NCBI GenBank assembly: GCA_965248055.1
Contig: CBDFIJ010000004.1
Location: forward strand, 1,408,001-1,472,000
Direction: 5' to 3'
Origin: Candidatus Multivoradales bacterium
GTDB lineage: Bacteria; Acidobacteriota; Thermoanaerobaculia; Multivoradales; JAHEKO01
DNA: 64,000 nucleotides
The notes beneath the pieces are model-generated. The model saw nothing but the letters and a program-made list of their open reading frames with translations. It made no database searches and had not been told where the DNA came from. This document shows, piece by piece, positions 48,393 through 60,692 of this stretch; the stretch's first letter is position 1, and the number at the start of each line of letters is the position of its first letter. The translations under genes were made by a program, and so were the position numbers.

Positions 48393-49084
48393 TATGCCCT
48401 CCCCAGTAGGTAGAGCAAGGGAAACAAGAAGATCCAGACAATATCGACGAAATGCCAGTAAAGGCCCATGCCCTCAACAAAGTTGTAGTTGTCCTCGGAA
48501 AACGCCCCACGCCAGGCCCAGCGGGCGACAAACAACAAGAGCACGATGCCGATCACCATATGCAGGGCGTGCAACGCGGTCATCGCGAAGTAAAGGTTGA
48601 AGAACATCTCCACCGGAGCGGCATCGCCAGGTCCGTGCCATACGAAGTTGGGGCCGGGGACGTGGTGCTCGTGAAACTTGTGGCTGTATTCGACGCCTTT
48701 GACGCCGAGAAATACGCCGCCCAGGATGATGGTCGCCAGAATCAACCATACGGTCGCCTTGCGCCGGTTGGTTTGTGCCGCCCAGACCGCCAAGGCCATA
48801 GTCAAACTAGAGCCGATCAAGACCGCGGTGTTGAACGCTCCCAAGGTGATGTCCAAGGACGCTGAACCGGCGGCAAAGGCGGCTTGGTTGCCAGTGCGGT
48901 AAACCAAGTAGACGGTGAACAAGCCACCGAAGAACATGATCTCCTGCACCAGGAATAACCACACCCCAAAGTACGAGGACTCTTTCTGTTGTTCAAAGCT
49001 TTCGAAATGATGCGCCAGCCCCCAGGGCTTGCGTTTGCTGCTTGGCTGGTTCACGACCGAGCTATTCACGGCTGACTCGCTCAC
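48392..49084 (-). CDS. coxC: Cytochrome c oxidase subunit III
   Basis: [32 protein letters not shown]. Confidence 0.95.
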   Translation of the reverse strand: MSESAVNSSVVNQPSSKRKPWGLAHHFESFEQQKESSYFGVWLFLVQEIMFFGGLFTVYLVYRTGNQAAFAAGSASLDITLGAFNTAVLIGSSLTMALAVWAAQTNRRKATVWLILATIILGGVFLGVKGVEYSHKFHEHHVPGPNFVWHGPGDAAPVEMFFNLYFAMTALHALHMVIGIVLLLFVARWAWRGAFSEDNYNFVEGMGLYWHFVDIVWIFLFPLLYLLGRA

Positions 49085-50733
49085 GACTGGTTCGCCTCCG
49101 ACTCGCCTGCGTGGGGTTGCCCCGACTCTTGAGCCCTGCCGATGTAGTCGTAGGCCTCATGGGTAACCACGGGAATGGTCTCAAAGTTGTGAACCGGTGG
49201 CGGTGACTGGGTGTCCCATTCGAGACCAAAGGCACCCCACGGATTCGACCCGGCGCGCTTGCCGTACTTCATCGAGTAGACGAAATAGATCAAGGGGATC
49301 AAGTAACCCAATCCCAGAACGCTGGCCCCGGCAGAGGACAACACGTTGAGCACTTGAAAATCGGCTGGGTATTCATGATAGCGGCGTGGCATTCCCAGAT
49401 AGCCGAGGACGAACTGCGGCATGAACGTCAGGTTGAAGCCAATAAAAACCAGCAATGCCGAGATTTTCGACCAGAAAGCCGGGTAAAGCCGGCCGGTGAT
49501 CTTGGGCCACCAAAAATGAAGTCCACCCATGTAGGCCATGATCACCCCACCCACCATCACATAGTGGAAATGGGCGACGATGAAATAGGTGTCATGAACG
49601 TGAATATCGATGCCCAGAGTCGCCAGCATGACGCCAGTGAGGCCGCCAATAGTGAACAGGCCGAGAAAGCCAATGGCAAACAGCATCGGGGTATCCCACG
49701 AAATCGAACCCTGATACATGGTGGCGATCCAGTTGAATACTTTGACTGCCGAAGGCACCGCCACCAGCATGCTCAAGATGGAGAAGATCATCCCGGCGTA
49801 GACCGACTGCCCGGAAAGGAACATGTGGTGACCCCAGACCAAGAATCCGAGCACCGCGATCGACACTGAAGCAAAGGCGACAAACTTGTACCCCGCAATG
49901 CGTTTTCGGGTACCGGCGGTGATGATCTCGCTGATCACCCCCATCGCCGGCAGGATCATGATGTAGACCGCCGGATGCGAGTAGAACCAAAACAAATGCT
50001 GAAACAGCAGTGGATCTCCACCGACCGCAGGATCAAATACGCCAATATGGAACAACCGTTCGGCGGCCAACAGCAGAATCGTAATCGCCACCACTGGAGT
50101 ACCCAGGATCATAATGATCGAGGTCGCATAGTGCGCCCAAACAAACAGAGGTAGACGGAACCAGGTCAGCCCTGGCGCCCGCAGCCGGTGGATGGTGACC
50201 AAGAAATTGAGTCCGGTGAGAATCGAGGCAAAGCCGGTGATGAAAATGCCAACTCCAACCACCACCACAGCGGTATTGGTAAACGCGGTGGACAGGGGCG
50301 TGTAAAAGGTCCAGCCTGTATCGACGCCGCCGCTGAGCAAAGAAAAGGTGACGATGGCGCCGCCGATATTGAAGATGTACCAGCTCGCTAGGTTGATTTT
50401 AGGAAACGCCAGATCCTTGGCACCGATCATCAAGGGCAACAAGAAATTGCCCAACACCGAAGGGATCCCCGGAATCAGCACGAAAAACACCATGAACACG
50501 CCGTGCATGGTGAACATCCGGTTGTAGGTATCCGGCTGCACCAAGTCGCCGGCCGGGGTCACCAGTTCCAAACGAAGCCCTACCGCGGCCAGGCCGCCCA
50601 AGATGAAAAACACCGTAATCGAAAGTAAGTAGAGAATCGCGATCCGCTTGTGGTCGACGGTCAACAGCCAGGATCGAATCCCGTAGTCGGCGTTCAAGTA
50701 GTGGCTGCGATGGGTTGCGGCGTCAGAGGTCAT
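49081..50733 (-). CDS. coxA: Cytochrome c oxidase subunit I, A2 type
   Basis: YSHPAVY (A2 signature), [17 protein letters not shown] (K-channel Lys present), AHFHYV, MPRR. Confidence 0.97.
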   Translation of the reverse strand: MTSDAATHRSHYLNADYGIRSWLLTVDHKRIAILYLLSITVFFILGGLAAVGLRLELVTPAGDLVQPDTYNRMFTMHGVFMVFFVLIPGIPSVLGNFLLPLMIGAKDLAFPKINLASWYIFNIGGAIVTFSLLSGGVDTGWTFYTPLSTAFTNTAVVVVGVGIFITGFASILTGLNFLVTIHRLRAPGLTWFRLPLFVWAHYATSIIMILGTPVVAITILLLAAERLFHIGVFDPAVGGDPLLFQHLFWFYSHPAVYIMILPAMGVISEIITAGTRKRIAGYKFVAFASVSIAVLGFLVWGHHMFLSGQSVYAGMIFSILSMLVAVPSAVKVFNWIATMYQGSISWDTPMLFAIGFLGLFTIGGLTGVMLATLGIDIHVHDTYFIVAHFHYVMVGGVIMAYMGGLHFWWPKITGRLYPAFWSKISALLVFIGFNLTFMPQFVLGYLGMPRRYHEYPADFQVLNVLSSAGASVLGLGYLIPLIYFVYSMKYGKRAGSNPWGAFGLEWDTQSPPPVHNFETIPVVTHEAYDYIGRAQESGQPHAGESEANQS

Positions 50734-51722
50734 GGTGCCTGCTCTTGTGTTGCGGCGGTCGCGTCGGCTGCGGCTGCATCCGCAGCCTCAGACTCTACGC
50801 CCAGTCCTTTGATGTATTGGATCAACCCGACCAGCTCCTCTTCGTTCAATTGACCTTGGTAGGTGGGCATCAATGCTTGATAGCCCGCGACCATTTTGGC
50901 GGTTGGGTCGAGGATCGACTCGCGTAGGTAGTTTTCGTCTACTAACACCGCGCCGCCGCCCTCTAGGGTCTCTTCAGCGCCGAAGAGGCCGGTCAGATAG
51001 GGGCCCAAGTTGCTGTTGTCGGTCCGGTGGCAGGTGCCGCAGTTCTTGGCACTAAACAGATCCTCACCACTGGCGGCGACAGCAACCGCACCTCCACCCC
51101 GCTCCGCCAACCAGTCATCGTAGACACTGGGTTCCATGACGATGATCTCGCCGCCCATGCGCGAGTGCTCAACGCCGCAGTACTCGGCACAAAACAGGTG
51201 GTAGGTGCCGGTCTTGGTGGCTTCAAACCAGGCGGTGGTGTAGCGACCGGGCAGCACGTCCATCTTGACCCGGAACTCAGGAACAAAGAACGAATGAATG
51301 ACGTCTTCCGAGGTCATGGTCAATTTCACCGGCTGGCCTACCGGAACGTGAAGCTGATTGATTTCACGGGGCCCTTCGGGATGCTGAAATTTCCACATCC
51401 ACTGCTTGCCGGTAACGTAGTACTCCAAAGCATCACCAGGAGGGCGCATAGCAAAGAAAAAGACCTTCGCTCCCCAACCAAACATCACCAACAAAATCAG
51501 CAACGGGATCACCGACCACACGATCTCCAAGATCAAGGTCGGTGGCTCCGCCTGACCAATTTCATCAGCAGCCCGCCGCCGGTAGCGAACCGCGAAGCCG
51601 ATCACCAAAACTGCGATCAGCACAGTGAAGACAAAAGCCACGGCCAGAGCAAACAACATCACGTTGTCGACCTGCGGAGCCAACGTCGAAGCGCGCTTGG
51701 GGAATAACGGGAAAGGAAGCAT
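50730..51722 (-). CDS. coxB: Cytochrome c oxidase subunit II with fused cytochrome c (caa3)
   Basis: [12 protein letters not shown] CuA site; C-terminal CGTCH...MPTY. Confidence 0.96.
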   Translation of the reverse strand: MLPFPLFPKRASTLAPQVDNVMLFALAVAFVFTVLIAVLVIGFAVRYRRRAADEIGQAEPPTLILEIVWSVIPLLILLVMFGWGAKVFFFAMRPPGDALEYYVTGKQWMWKFQHPEGPREINQLHVPVGQPVKLTMTSEDVIHSFFVPEFRVKMDVLPGRYTTAWFEATKTGTYHLFCAEYCGVEHSRMGGEIIVMEPSVYDDWLAERGGGAVAVAASGEDLFSAKNCGTCHRTDNSNLGPYLTGLFGAEETLEGGGAVLVDENYLRESILDPTAKMVAGYQALMPTYQGQLNEEELVGLIQYIKGLGVESEAADAAAADATAATQEQAP

Positions 51723-52547
51723 CTACTTGGCCTCCGCCAGCACCGGTTTGCGTTCACGGCGGGCAGAAACCACCACGAACCAAACGACCAATGCGAGAGT
51801 GATCAGGCCGCCAGCCCGAATCGTGTTCCACGCTGCAAAGGTGTACTTGCCGACCGTGGGGTCGTAGCGATAACAAAACAACAAAGCTTGATCGACCCAA
51901 CTGCCAATCCCACCATCGGCGGCGTCAACCAAGGCCAACCGTAAGTCTCTGGCTGGATAGTCGATACCCAAATGGTAGCTACCGATCTTGCCTTCAGGGG
52001 TGATCACCATGATCGCCGCGCCATGGGCAAATTCACCGCTGTCTTCCAGGTACTGGTAGCGGTAGCCAATTGTGTTGCTGAGAGCTGTCACCGCTTCTGC
52101 ATCGCCGGAAAGAAACCGCCAACCGTCTGCGGTTTCGGGTTTTCCATACTCGCGCAGGTGTTGTTGCTTGACCCGGGCGGCCGCCTCTGGAGTGTCCTCC
52201 GGGTTAATGCTGTAAGCGACCAAATCGAAGTCCGACCCCGGTTCAAATTCCAACACCTTAAGCGTACGGGTGATGCCACGCAGCACCATGGTGCACAGCA
52301 TCGGACAGTCGTAGTAGATCGGCGCCAGGATCAATGGACGGCCTTGCAACAGATCCCCCAGACGAACCTCAGCGCCCTGGTCGTCAACAAAGACGGCCTC
52401 CAATGGCAAGGTCTCCCCCAGTTGAGGATCGACGCCTACTTTCTTGAGCGGACCCGGCAAGTCGTTGGTTTGCGCGCTAGCAACAGAGCTGGCAATGGAA
52501 CTGGCAAGAACCAGCGTCAATGCCAAGAGAGAAACTCGGTTGCGCAT
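51723..52547 (-). CDS. SCO family protein
   Basis: YYDCPMLC, EFAH, C-terminal TM; usual position in act-cox operons. Confidence 0.9.
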   Translation of the reverse strand: MRNRVSLLALTLVLASSIASSVASAQTNDLPGPLKKVGVDPQLGETLPLEAVFVDDQGAEVRLGDLLQGRPLILAPIYYDCPMLCTMVLRGITRTLKVLEFEPGSDFDLVAYSINPEDTPEAAARVKQQHLREYGKPETADGWRFLSGDAEAVTALSNTIGYRYQYLEDSGEFAHGAAIMVITPEGKIGSYHLGIDYPARDLRLALVDAADGGIGSWVDQALLFCYRYDPTVGKYTFAAWNTIRAGGLITLALVVWFVVVSARRERKPVLAEAK

Positions 52548-52978
52548 TACTCGCTCACTCCGGCGCCGTCTGATTCGGCAACCATTTGCGCCTCTGCCAC
52601 TTGCGCCTCTGCGGCAACAATCGTGATCGCCCGTTCGACCGGAATCTGAGCCACTCCAGTCGCTTCATCGAGCCACTGATAGCTGGTCAACACCGCTTCT
52701 TCCTCGGCCCGCAGTTGTATCAACTCAGCTTCCGGGTGATCCTGCAAGGCAGGCCCGGGAGGCTGGTACACCGCTCGTGCTTCCGGGATCAGCGACGGTC
52801 GTGGGTCGTCGGAAGCCAAGTCATCGCGCAAGGAAACCGAGAGCCACCACATCGCCGCAGCAGCGCCCAGGATCGCCAGCGCCAGTCCGATCGAAAACCA
52901 CACCACGCCTTTCAGGCTCAACTCACGGTCTATGCCGGAGTCGTGATGGTCGGATCGTCGGTCGTTCACGCCACTCAT
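52547..52978 (-). CDS. ACIII-associated single-TM protein (possible ActG)
   Basis: One TM helix, P.LQ..P, LTSYQWLD...IPVERA; lies between actF and sco. Confidence 0.7.
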   Translation of the reverse strand: MSGVNDRRSDHHDSGIDRELSLKGVVWFSIGLALAILGAAAAMWWLSVSLRDDLASDDPRPSLIPEARAVYQPPGPALQDHPEAELIQLRAEEEAVLTSYQWLDEATGVAQIPVERAITIVAAEAQVAEAQMVAESDGAGVSE

Positions 52979-52991
52979 CTAGTGCTCGTCC

Positions 52992-54206
52992 TCAATTGTC
53001 GTCTTCATCTAGGGCATCGACCAAGTAAGGCTCATGCACCGGCAGCAACGGACGCTTCTGCAATTCGCGTAGGTAGGTCCCAAACCAGATTCCGCCTACC
53101 GCCAAAACGGTGGTCAAGTCGAGCCAGTGCAAATGCAACCCGGCAGTCTCAGCACCATGGCCAAACGCCGGAGCAACCTGCCAATAGAAATCCAGCCAAC
53201 GCATTACCAGCAACACGCCCGCCACCATTGCCAAGCGTTTGGCATCCCGTTTTAGGTCGCGCGAAAGCAGCAGGGTAAACGGCAGCGCAAAATGACCCAA
53301 AATCAGCGCGATGGAAATCCACTTCCAACCGCCGTGCATCCGGGCCAGATACCAAGTCACTTCTTCGGGGAGATTGCCGGACCAAACGATGATCAATTGC
53401 GACAACTGGAAGTAGCTCCAGAGCATGACAAACGCCAACAGCAGTTTGCCCAAGTCGTGGAAATGTCGACGACGAAACAGTTGATTCATCGGTGGTCGTT
53501 GGCTTAAGTACAACGACATCGGAATCAAAAAAGCCAGTGCGGCGACCGCGTTGCCGCCGATAAAACTGACCCCAAACATGCTCGAGTACCAAAGCGGATC
53601 CAACGACATGATCCAATCGACGGAGGCCAAGGTCGCGGTCAGGCAGTAGGCGATCAAGCCCGGAGCTGCGGTCGCCTGCATCAAGCGAAACAGCTTGTGG
53701 CTTTGGACTTCATCTTGGCGCTTGGACAACCGATTCAAAGCCCAGACGAAAAAACCCCAGATGGCGAAGTAAGCCAGCGCCCGCAGAGTGAAACCGGTGG
53801 GGTTGAGAAACCAGGTCTTGGCTTGGATCAGGGCGTCGTGCTCCACCACCTCAGGTCGCGACCACGGATACAGTCGTCGCATGCCCAACCAAATAGGAAT
53901 GAATCCCAGCGCCACCCAAGGCAACGTTCGGGTCGCCGCTCCCAAGGTCCGGCGGATCACCACCCCCCATCCACCGCGCGTCAACTGGTGCAGCAATCCC
54001 AAAGAGAAACAGCCGAGAACGATGCTCAGGACAAACAACCAGGCGACCAAATAAGAGCGGAAGAACTGTTCTGGGTTGAGCCACAGACCGAGTACCGATA
54101 ACACCACGCCGACCAGCCCAACCAGCCACGCGCGAGAGGCAAGTGAGGAAAGGCTGCTGGGCGGAGTCAGATCAAGGTCCGCTGGGACGATAAATTCGCG
54201 ACTCAT
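52992..54206 (-). CDS. actF: Alternative complex III subunit F
   Basis: About 10 TM helices; SVDWIMSLDPLWYSSMFG, HDLGKLL, WSGNLPEE. Confidence 0.92.
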   Translation of the reverse strand: MSREFIVPADLDLTPPSSLSSLASRAWLVGLVGVVLSVLGLWLNPEQFFRSYLVAWLFVLSIVLGCFSLGLLHQLTRGGWGVVIRRTLGAATRTLPWVALGFIPIWLGMRRLYPWSRPEVVEHDALIQAKTWFLNPTGFTLRALAYFAIWGFFVWALNRLSKRQDEVQSHKLFRLMQATAAPGLIAYCLTATLASVDWIMSLDPLWYSSMFGVSFIGGNAVAALAFLIPMSLYLSQRPPMNQLFRRRHFHDLGKLLLAFVMLWSYFQLSQLIIVWSGNLPEEVTWYLARMHGGWKWISIALILGHFALPFTLLLSRDLKRDAKRLAMVAGVLLVMRWLDFYWQVAPAFGHGAETAGLHLHWLDLTTVLAVGGIWFGTYLRELQKRPLLPVHEPYLVDALDEDDN

Positions 54207-54820
54207 TGGTGACCTTCTGTTGCAGTTGACTGAGGCAAGTTGCCTCCCAAGGCAGCCAAATCTTGGGGTGCCAAACGCGCGACCTGAGCATTGCGACTGA
54301 ACTGCAACGCCTGCACGTAGGCGGCAATCGCCCAGCGATCCGCCACCGGAACCTGCGAGGCATAACCCGACATGTCGCCAAACCCGTTTGTCATGACGTC
54401 AAAGTAGTAGCCCGGCTGAGCATTCCGTAAGCGCTCTTGATGCAGAGACTGTGGCGCCTTAAAGCCGCGTTGCACGATCATGCCGTTGCCATCGCCGGTA
54501 CGCCCGTGGCAAGGGGAACAAAAGATGTCAAAACGCTCGCGGCCTCGGTTCAACAGGTCTGCGTCAACCGCGAACGGAATCGAAGTCGCAAAATTGCCCT
54601 CAGAATCGACTCCACGATAGAGGTGGTCGTCCGCGCGCAACTCCCCGCGCGCCACCGTCCCCTCGACCGGCAACCGAGAAGCCATGCCGTCGGCGAAGAA
54701 ATCGCTGACTTCATAAGGCTGCAGCTTGGGCTGGTCATGCATGTCTTGGCGGCAGGCCACCGCATTGGTGCAAACCAGCACTGCAAGTGCAGCTACGCGG
54801 AGGAAGTCTCTATTCCTCAA
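54203..54820 (-). CDS. actE: Alternative complex III monoheme cytochrome c lipoprotein
   Basis: AVACRQDMHDQPK, CSPCHG; TTG start after GGAGG. Confidence 0.92.
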   Translation of the reverse strand: MRNRDFLRVAALAVLVCTNAVACRQDMHDQPKLQPYEVSDFFADGMASRLPVEGTVARGELRADDHLYRGVDSEGNFATSIPFAVDADLLNRGRERFDIFCSPCHGRTGDGNGMIVQRGFKAPQSLHQERLRNAQPGYYFDVMTNGFGDMSGYASQVPVADRWAIAAYVQALQFSRNAQVARLAPQDLAALGGNLPQSTATEGHQ

Positions 54821-55379
54821 CTTCGTGAACCTCCGTCGGAGATTGCTCGGCCAAGAAACGGCGAGCATCTTCCAACTGAAACTGTGGATCCACGGTGCCG
54901 ATCATCAAGAAGAAGTGATCACGGGAAGCCGAGGCAAATCGATCGACATTAAACGTCGGGTGGTAGGGCATCGGTAGCCCATTGAGGGCGAACATTCCCA
55001 GCACGGCGGCAAACGCTGCGAACAAGATGGTGGTCTCAAAAGCCGGGACAATAAACGCGATCCAAGATGCCAGCGGGCGTCCACCGATGTTGAGCGGATA
55101 CTCGATCGCAGAACTCCAATACTGAAGACCAAATCCGGCCAGGCAACCGATGATGCCGCCAGCTAAGACGATGCCTGGCAGCTTCGACTTGTGGTGGCCA
55201 ATCGCCTCCCAGACTTCTTCGATCGGATAGGGAGTGTAAGCATCCAGCTTGGTGTAGCCCTTCTTACTCGCTTCACGACAAGCTCGTGTCAGCTTCTTGG
55301 CCGAGTCAAACTCCGCCATCAAACCGTAGAGCGGCTTGCCTTGTCGCGAACGAAACTTGATTTCGCGCACCGAGCTCAT
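54810..55379 (-). CDS. actD: Alternative complex III subunit D (DUF3341)
   Basis: [28 protein letters not shown]. Confidence 0.93.
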   Translation of the reverse strand: MSSVREIKFRSRQGKPLYGLMAEFDSAKKLTRACREASKKGYTKLDAYTPYPIEEVWEAIGHHKSKLPGIVLAGGIIGCLAGFGLQYWSSAIEYPLNIGGRPLASWIAFIVPAFETTILFAAFAAVLGMFALNGLPMPYHPTFNVDRFASASRDHFFLMIGTVDPQFQLEDARRFLAEQSPTEVHEVEE

Positions 55380-56746
55380 TCTTCGTCCTCCCGTTCTTGC
55401 GCCTCAGGAAGGATCGTTCGCATTTCGGAGATCGAAATCATCGGCAAGAAGCGGACAAACAGGAACAACAGAGCCAGAAACAGCCCGATGGTTCCCACAT
55501 AGGTCGCCCAATCCCATTTGGTACCGCTAAACATGCCCCAAGACGAGGGTAGAAAATCGCGGTGCAAGCTGGTCACCACGATTACAAAACGTTCCAGCCA
55601 CATACCGACGTTGACGAATATCGCGACGATAAACACCATCCAAGCGGTCTTGCGGATTTTGGAAATCCAGATCATCTGCGGCGCCAGAACGTTGCACAGC
55701 AGCAAGGCCCACCAGTGATATCGATAGGGGCCGCTAATCCGATTGAGCAGCATGAACTCCTCAAACTGATTGCCACTGTAGAAGGCCATAAAGATCTCCA
55801 CCGCGTATCCGTAGGCGACGATCAACCCGCTGGTGAGCATGATCTTCGCCATATTTTGAATGTGGCGATCGGTGATGAAGTCCTTGAGGTTAAACAGCGC
55901 GCGCAATGGAATCGCCAAAGTCAAAACCATGGCGAACCCGGCAAATAGAGCTCCCGCGACAAAGTAGGGCGGGAAAACGGTCGCATGCCAACCAGCCACC
56001 TGACCCACGGCAAAGTCGAAACTAACCACGGTGTGGACCGAAACCACTAGCGGGGTCGCTAGGCCAGCCAACAACAGGTAGGCGACTTCGTAGTTGTGCC
56101 AATGCACCGCAGAACCGCGCCAACCCATGGCGAAGAAGCCGTAGATGATCTTCTTGAACTTACGTCGCGACTGATCGCGCAAGGTCGCCAAGTCGGGGAT
56201 CAGCCCGACGTACCAAAACAAGGCTGAGACCAAGGCATAGGTGGAAACCGCAAACACGTCCCAGATCAAAGGACTACGAAACTGCGGCCACAGCCCCATC
56301 GAGTTGGGGTACGGCAATAGCCAGTAGGCCAACCAGGGTCGGCCGACATGAATCAAAGGAAAGATTCCGGCGCAGGCCACAGCAAACAAGGTCATCGCTT
56401 CGGCGAATCGATTGATCGAAGTACGCCACTCCTGGCGCAACAACAACAGGATCGCTGAAATCAGGGTTCCGGCGTGGCCAATGCCGATCCACCAAACAAA
56501 GTTGATGATCGCAAAGCCCCAACCCACCGGATTGTTCAGACCCCAAATTCCAGTGCCCTCAACCACCAACTTGGTGAGCGCATACAGCAACAACATCACC
56601 AACAAGAACGAGGCGCCGAACGCCGGCCACCACCAACGCGGCATCTTTTCCAACACCACCGTGGCGATGTGATCGGTTACTGAGGCAGAGGTATGCCCCG
56701 GAGCAACTACCGGGGTTTCCGGAATGAAGGTCTGGTGCCGACTCAC
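55376..56746 (-). CDS. actC: Alternative complex III subunit C (NrfD/PsrC family)
   Basis: [46 protein letters not shown]. Confidence 0.95.
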   Translation of the reverse strand: MSRHQTFIPETPVVAPGHTSASVTDHIATVVLEKMPRWWWPAFGASFLLVMLLLYALTKLVVEGTGIWGLNNPVGWGFAIINFVWWIGIGHAGTLISAILLLLRQEWRTSINRFAEAMTLFAVACAGIFPLIHVGRPWLAYWLLPYPNSMGLWPQFRSPLIWDVFAVSTYALVSALFWYVGLIPDLATLRDQSRRKFKKIIYGFFAMGWRGSAVHWHNYEVAYLLLAGLATPLVVSVHTVVSFDFAVGQVAGWHATVFPPYFVAGALFAGFAMVLTLAIPLRALFNLKDFITDRHIQNMAKIMLTSGLIVAYGYAVEIFMAFYSGNQFEEFMLLNRISGPYRYHWWALLLCNVLAPQMIWISKIRKTAWMVFIVAIFVNVGMWLERFVIVVTSLHRDFLPSSWGMFSGTKWDWATYVGTIGLFLALLFLFVRFLPMISISEMRTILPEAQEREDEE

Positions 56747-59700
56747 GAACTTTCGGCCCCCTCAACTGGGTTGGTGACTTTAGCCAGATAAGTAGTTCGC
56801 GGCCTGGTGCCGAGCTCGGCGAGCAGCCCGTAGTCCCGTGAATCCGCTTTGAGCTGTGCGACATCAGATAGCGGGTCGTTGATATCACCAAAGACAATCG
56901 CTTCGCTGGGGCAGACCTGCTGACAGGCGGTCTTGACGTCACCATCTGCCATCTCGCGACCATCCCGCGTCGCTTCGACGCGACCGTGGTTAATCCGCTG
57001 CACGCAGTAGGAGCACTTCTCCATCACCCCGCGAAAGCGCACCGTGACGTCGGGATTGCGCATCAACTTGAGCACCGGCGTGTCAGTGTCGTTGTACTTG
57101 TAATAATTGAAACGTCGGACCTTGTAGGGACAGTTGTTGGCGCAGTAGCGAGTGCCGACACAGCGGTTGTAAACCATGTCGTTCAAGCCTTCATCAGAAT
57201 GCACCGTTGCCGACACCGGACATACCACTTCGCAAGGAGCCTGCTCACAGTGTTGACACATCACCGGTTGGTGATGCATCTCGGGGTGGTCCAGGTCGCC
57301 TTCGTAGTAGCGGTCGATACGCATCCAATGCATCTCACGACCCAAGGAAACCTGCTCCTTGCCGACCACCGGAATGTTGTTCTCGGACTGGCAGGCAACC
57401 ACGCAAGCGTTGCAGCCGGTGCAAGAGTTGAGGTCAATCGACATACCCCAAGCGTGGCCGTTGTACTCCCAATCCGGCATCAAACTCAGGTTCTCGTCGA
57501 TCCCATGGCCAACGTGTTGAGCAAAATCCGGCTGGTGCTGATACTCGGCCAGGGTCGCCCTGCGGACCAGATGCCGTTTCTCGGCGGTGCGTCCCTCCAG
57601 GTTTTCTCCCTGCCACGGACTCGGGTCGATATTGCTGTGCAGTTGGGTGCTCGCCAAAGCGTAATTGCCCTCGGCTTTTGCTAGCTCGGCGGCACCACCG
57701 TTGGGCGCCTCCACAGTTCTCAGGAGGTAGCCGTTGAATCCGCGCTCGGTTCCGACCTTGCCCGCACTCTGACGACCGTAGCCGAGAGTCAGGGTGGCGC
57801 AGTTGTGCGCTTGTCCAGGGTGAATCAAGGCCGCCACTTCCAAGTTTCGGCCGCCAGTAGAAACGGTCACTAGGTCGCCACTTTTTAACCCATGCTCCTC
57901 GGCCAGCCCAGGGCTGATCATCAGTGCGTTGTCCCAGGTCAATTTGCTAATCGGCTTAGGACACTCCTGCAGCCAACCATTGTTGGCCCAGCGACCGTCC
58001 CAGATGGTTGGGTCGGCTCGAAGCGACAGTTCGATGCCTTCAACCGCAGCGGTGTTGGCCGATGCTTGAGACACTGCCGCAGGGTCCACCGCCACTGACT
58101 TTGCCGCGGCTTGGCTATCGGTGACGTATCCATCGTGCAAGGCACGACGCCAAGCCTTGTCGTCCTCGCCAGGCTGGTCGCCATATTGGTCGCCATATTG
58201 GGCCTGCCAGTTGGCTTTCAGCAGTTCTTCGCTGGATCGTTCCCCAGCAGCGGTAAACACCGAGGCGACCTCGCCGGCAGACTTGCCACCGTAGAGCGGC
58301 TCGATCAAGGGTTGCTGCAAAGTCAAGGTACCGTCCAACGACCGGCTATCTCCCCAGCACTCCAGGTAATGCGCTTCTGGAATCACCCATTGGCAATATT
58401 CGGCAGTTTCGTTGCGCTGAGAACCGAGGAAAATCCGCCGGGTAACCCCCAACATGAGAGACCCGAAATCTAGATCGACCGGGGCGTCATAGGCCGGGTT
58501 ACCGCCCAAGACCACCAGCACGTCTACCTCGCCCGCCTTCATCGCATCAGCTAACTCGCGAATCGACGCCAATCCATCGACCGTCGATGCCTCAATCGCA
58601 TCGCTGATCAAAACCGTGTTGCCCAAGTTCCCAAGCACCTCATTAATCGCAGCCGCCAGGATATGAAGATCCGGTGAGGTCGCCGCTCCGGCCAGCACAA
58701 CGGCGTTGCCCGCGTCGGCGCGCAGATTCTCAGCCACTGCCTGGACCACCGGCTCCAGTTCCGAGGTTACTTCTCCCGCAGTCGCTCCGGCTACGCCCAA
58801 CTCTGCGGCCAAAGCCAGCGCAAACATGCCGATTTCCGAAGGCGTGGCCGCATATCGGTGATCGGCAACCGACCCGGTCCCGGTTGGGGTCGACTCCAAC
58901 GCCCACAGGCGGTTCATCTTGACCCCTTCCTTCCTAATACCGCCTGGACTGGCACTGCCTGGACGGCGGCGTGACATGAAATCTTTCGAGGCGCGCACAG
59001 CCCCCGGGCCTTGGGTCAAAAAGTCCGCATCCAGCGCCAGTACTACATCGGCTTTGGCAAAGTCATGGCGAATGCCAACGCTCTCACCAAACACCGCTTG
59101 GGTGGCCACACGTTGGGCGTTTTGCCCCACCGCTTCGTATTGATGCCACTGCGCTTTCGGATGACTCTCCAACACCTCTGCCACAACACCAGCCAAGGTT
59201 GGTGAGGTCACCGTAGGGGTCAAGATGCGCAGTCGGGCGCCACCGAGAGCGTCGAGAGCCACCATCGCGCGCGAGCTCTCGTCGACAAAGGTGCTCCAAC
59301 TGCGGATGCGTCCCAGCTCTTGCACATTGCGTAGACGATCGGGATCGTAAAGGTCGAGGATCGAAGCCTGAGCAAACAGATCAGTTGCGCCCAAGTTGGC
59401 CGGGTGCTCGGGATTTCCCTCGACCTTGGTTGGGCGGCCCATATGGCTCTCGACCAAGAGCCCTTGGGCAAAGCCGTCGGTGGTCATGGCAGTGGCGAAA
59501 TAGAGAGGCTTGCCGGGAACGATCTGCTCCGGCTGCTCGACATACGGGACGATCTTTTCCAGCGGTTGGCGGGTGCATGCCGCCAAACCGCCAAACGCCA
59601 GAGAAGCGCCCATCACCTGCAAGAATCCGCGACGACTAAAACCGTCGCTCCAGTCGATCGCCGACTCGGGAAACTCGCGATCCACCATCTGTTGAAAATC

Positions 59701-59931
59701 ATCGGTGGACGCTAATTCTTCCAAACTGCGCCACAGTTCAGGGCCGCGTTGATCCTTGAGCTGACGCCGCAGATCGCCCACCGAAAGCTGCTTTCTAGGT
59801 GTCACAGTGACTTCAGAGGCAATGACCTCGGGAGCACTGACTTCAACAACAGTGCTCTCAGCAGTGACCTCAGAAGCAGTGCCCTCAACAGGATTGGCCA
59901 CAGGTTTAGCGGTCATGGAATCGGTCGTCAT
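56743..59931 (-). CDS. actB: Alternative complex III subunit B (molybdopterin-oxidoreductase-like plus Fe-S domain)
   Basis: [27 protein letters not shown]; [36 protein letters not shown]. Confidence 0.95.
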   Translation of the reverse strand: MTTDSMTAKPVANPVEGTASEVTAESTVVEVSAPEVIASEVTVTPRKQLSVGDLRRQLKDQRGPELWRSLEELASTDDFQQMVDREFPESAIDWSDGFSRRGFLQVMGASLAFGGLAACTRQPLEKIVPYVEQPEQIVPGKPLYFATAMTTDGFAQGLLVESHMGRPTKVEGNPEHPANLGATDLFAQASILDLYDPDRLRNVQELGRIRSWSTFVDESSRAMVALDALGGARLRILTPTVTSPTLAGVVAEVLESHPKAQWHQYEAVGQNAQRVATQAVFGESVGIRHDFAKADVVLALDADFLTQGPGAVRASKDFMSRRRPGSASPGGIRKEGVKMNRLWALESTPTGTGSVADHRYAATPSEIGMFALALAAELGVAGATAGEVTSELEPVVQAVAENLRADAGNAVVLAGAATSPDLHILAAAINEVLGNLGNTVLISDAIEASTVDGLASIRELADAMKAGEVDVLVVLGGNPAYDAPVDLDFGSLMLGVTRRIFLGSQRNETAEYCQWVIPEAHYLECWGDSRSLDGTLTLQQPLIEPLYGGKSAGEVASVFTAAGERSSEELLKANWQAQYGDQYGDQPGEDDKAWRRALHDGYVTDSQAAAKSVAVDPAAVSQASANTAAVEGIELSLRADPTIWDGRWANNGWLQECPKPISKLTWDNALMISPGLAEEHGLKSGDLVTVSTGGRNLEVAALIHPGQAHNCATLTLGYGRQSAGKVGTERGFNGYLLRTVEAPNGGAAELAKAEGNYALASTQLHSNIDPSPWQGENLEGRTAEKRHLVRRATLAEYQHQPDFAQHVGHGIDENLSLMPDWEYNGHAWGMSIDLNSCTGCNACVVACQSENNIPVVGKEQVSLGREMHWMRIDRYYEGDLDHPEMHHQPVMCQHCEQAPCEVVCPVSATVHSDEGLNDMVYNRCVGTRYCANNCPYKVRRFNYYKYNDTDTPVLKLMRNPDVTVRFRGVMEKCSYCVQRINHGRVEATRDGREMADGDVKTACQQVCPSEAIVFGDINDPLSDVAQLKADSRDYGLLAELGTRPRTTYLAKVTNPVEGAESS

Positions 59932-59937
59932 ACGTCC

Positions 59938-60582
59938 TCACCTGTGGCAGGCGGAGCAGGCCAAACGCGGCGCCACCCCATATTCCTCAATCAATTGACT
60001 CTGCAGATCAGCCCGTTCAGGCCTCCAGGTCATGTCGGTGATCGCCTCCCGTGGGCGCATCGCATCCTCTGGATGACGATGGCAGTCCAAACACCACTTC
60101 ATTTGCAACGTTTGAGTCTGTTTGATCAACGGCATCTCGTCGACCCGCCCGTGGCAAGAGACACAGCCCACCCCTTGGGTGACATGGGCTGAGTGGTCGA
60201 AATAGACATAGTCGGGCAGGTCATGAACCCGGGTCCATTGGAGAGGAAGCCCGGTTGCCATACTCTCCCGCACTGGCTCCAACATCGGACTCTGAGCCCA
60301 AATCTGTTTGTGGCAGTTCATGCAGGTCGCAGTCGATGGAATCCCCGCCGACGCCGCGACTTCAACCGAGGTGTGGCAATAACGACAGTCAATCCCCATC
60401 GCCGCAGTGTGATGGTCATGGGAAAAGGGCACCGGTTGCACCCGGGTTACCCCCTGGCGAGTACTAAACGGCGACTGATCCAGCTCGTAGACCAACCAAC
60501 CAGCAATCGCGGCAAAGAAAATTCCACCAAAAATCGTCACCTTGGCCAAGGTGTTGGTGGAGCGATGAAATACCTGCGCCAT
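59938..60582 (-). CDS. actA: Alternative complex III pentaheme cytochrome c
   Basis: QPVPFSHDHH and five CxxCH motifs; start reset to MAQVFH. Confidence 0.95.
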   Translation of the reverse strand: MAQVFHRSTNTLAKVTIFGGIFFAAIAGWLVYELDQSPFSTRQGVTRVQPVPFSHDHHTAAMGIDCRYCHTSVEVAASAGIPSTATCMNCHKQIWAQSPMLEPVRESMATGLPLQWTRVHDLPDYVYFDHSAHVTQGVGCVSCHGRVDEMPLIKQTQTLQMKWCLDCHRHPEDAMRPREAITDMTWRPERADLQSQLIEEYGVAPRLACSACHR

Positions 60583-60674
60583 GAACGTTGACCTGAGCAA
60601 TAAATCAATACAACTTGGCCAGCATTATCTGCCTAACCGCCAAATTCGCACAAGAGTATCGGTTTCTTGAAAGC

Positions 60675-60692
60675 TTGTGAAGAGTTTCACAA
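60675..60692. promoter_or_regulatory. Rex-type operator
   Basis: TTGTGAA-GAGT-TTCACAA, an exact match to TTGTGAA-N4-TTCACAA, about 90 nt upstream of actA. Confidence 0.75.

Noticed and set aside
48196-48531. 111-aa minus-strand ORF
   Set aside because: Out-of-frame overlap with coxC plus MITE sequence.
58177-58201. 12-bp duplication in actB (QYGDQYGDQ)
   Set aside because: In-frame loop duplication with no sign of functional consequence.
56743-59931. Molybdoenzyme (formate dehydrogenase-like) reading of actB, given nearby fhs
   Set aside because: Sequence and actA-F context identify ACIII subunit B, which is known not to bind a molybdenum cofactor.
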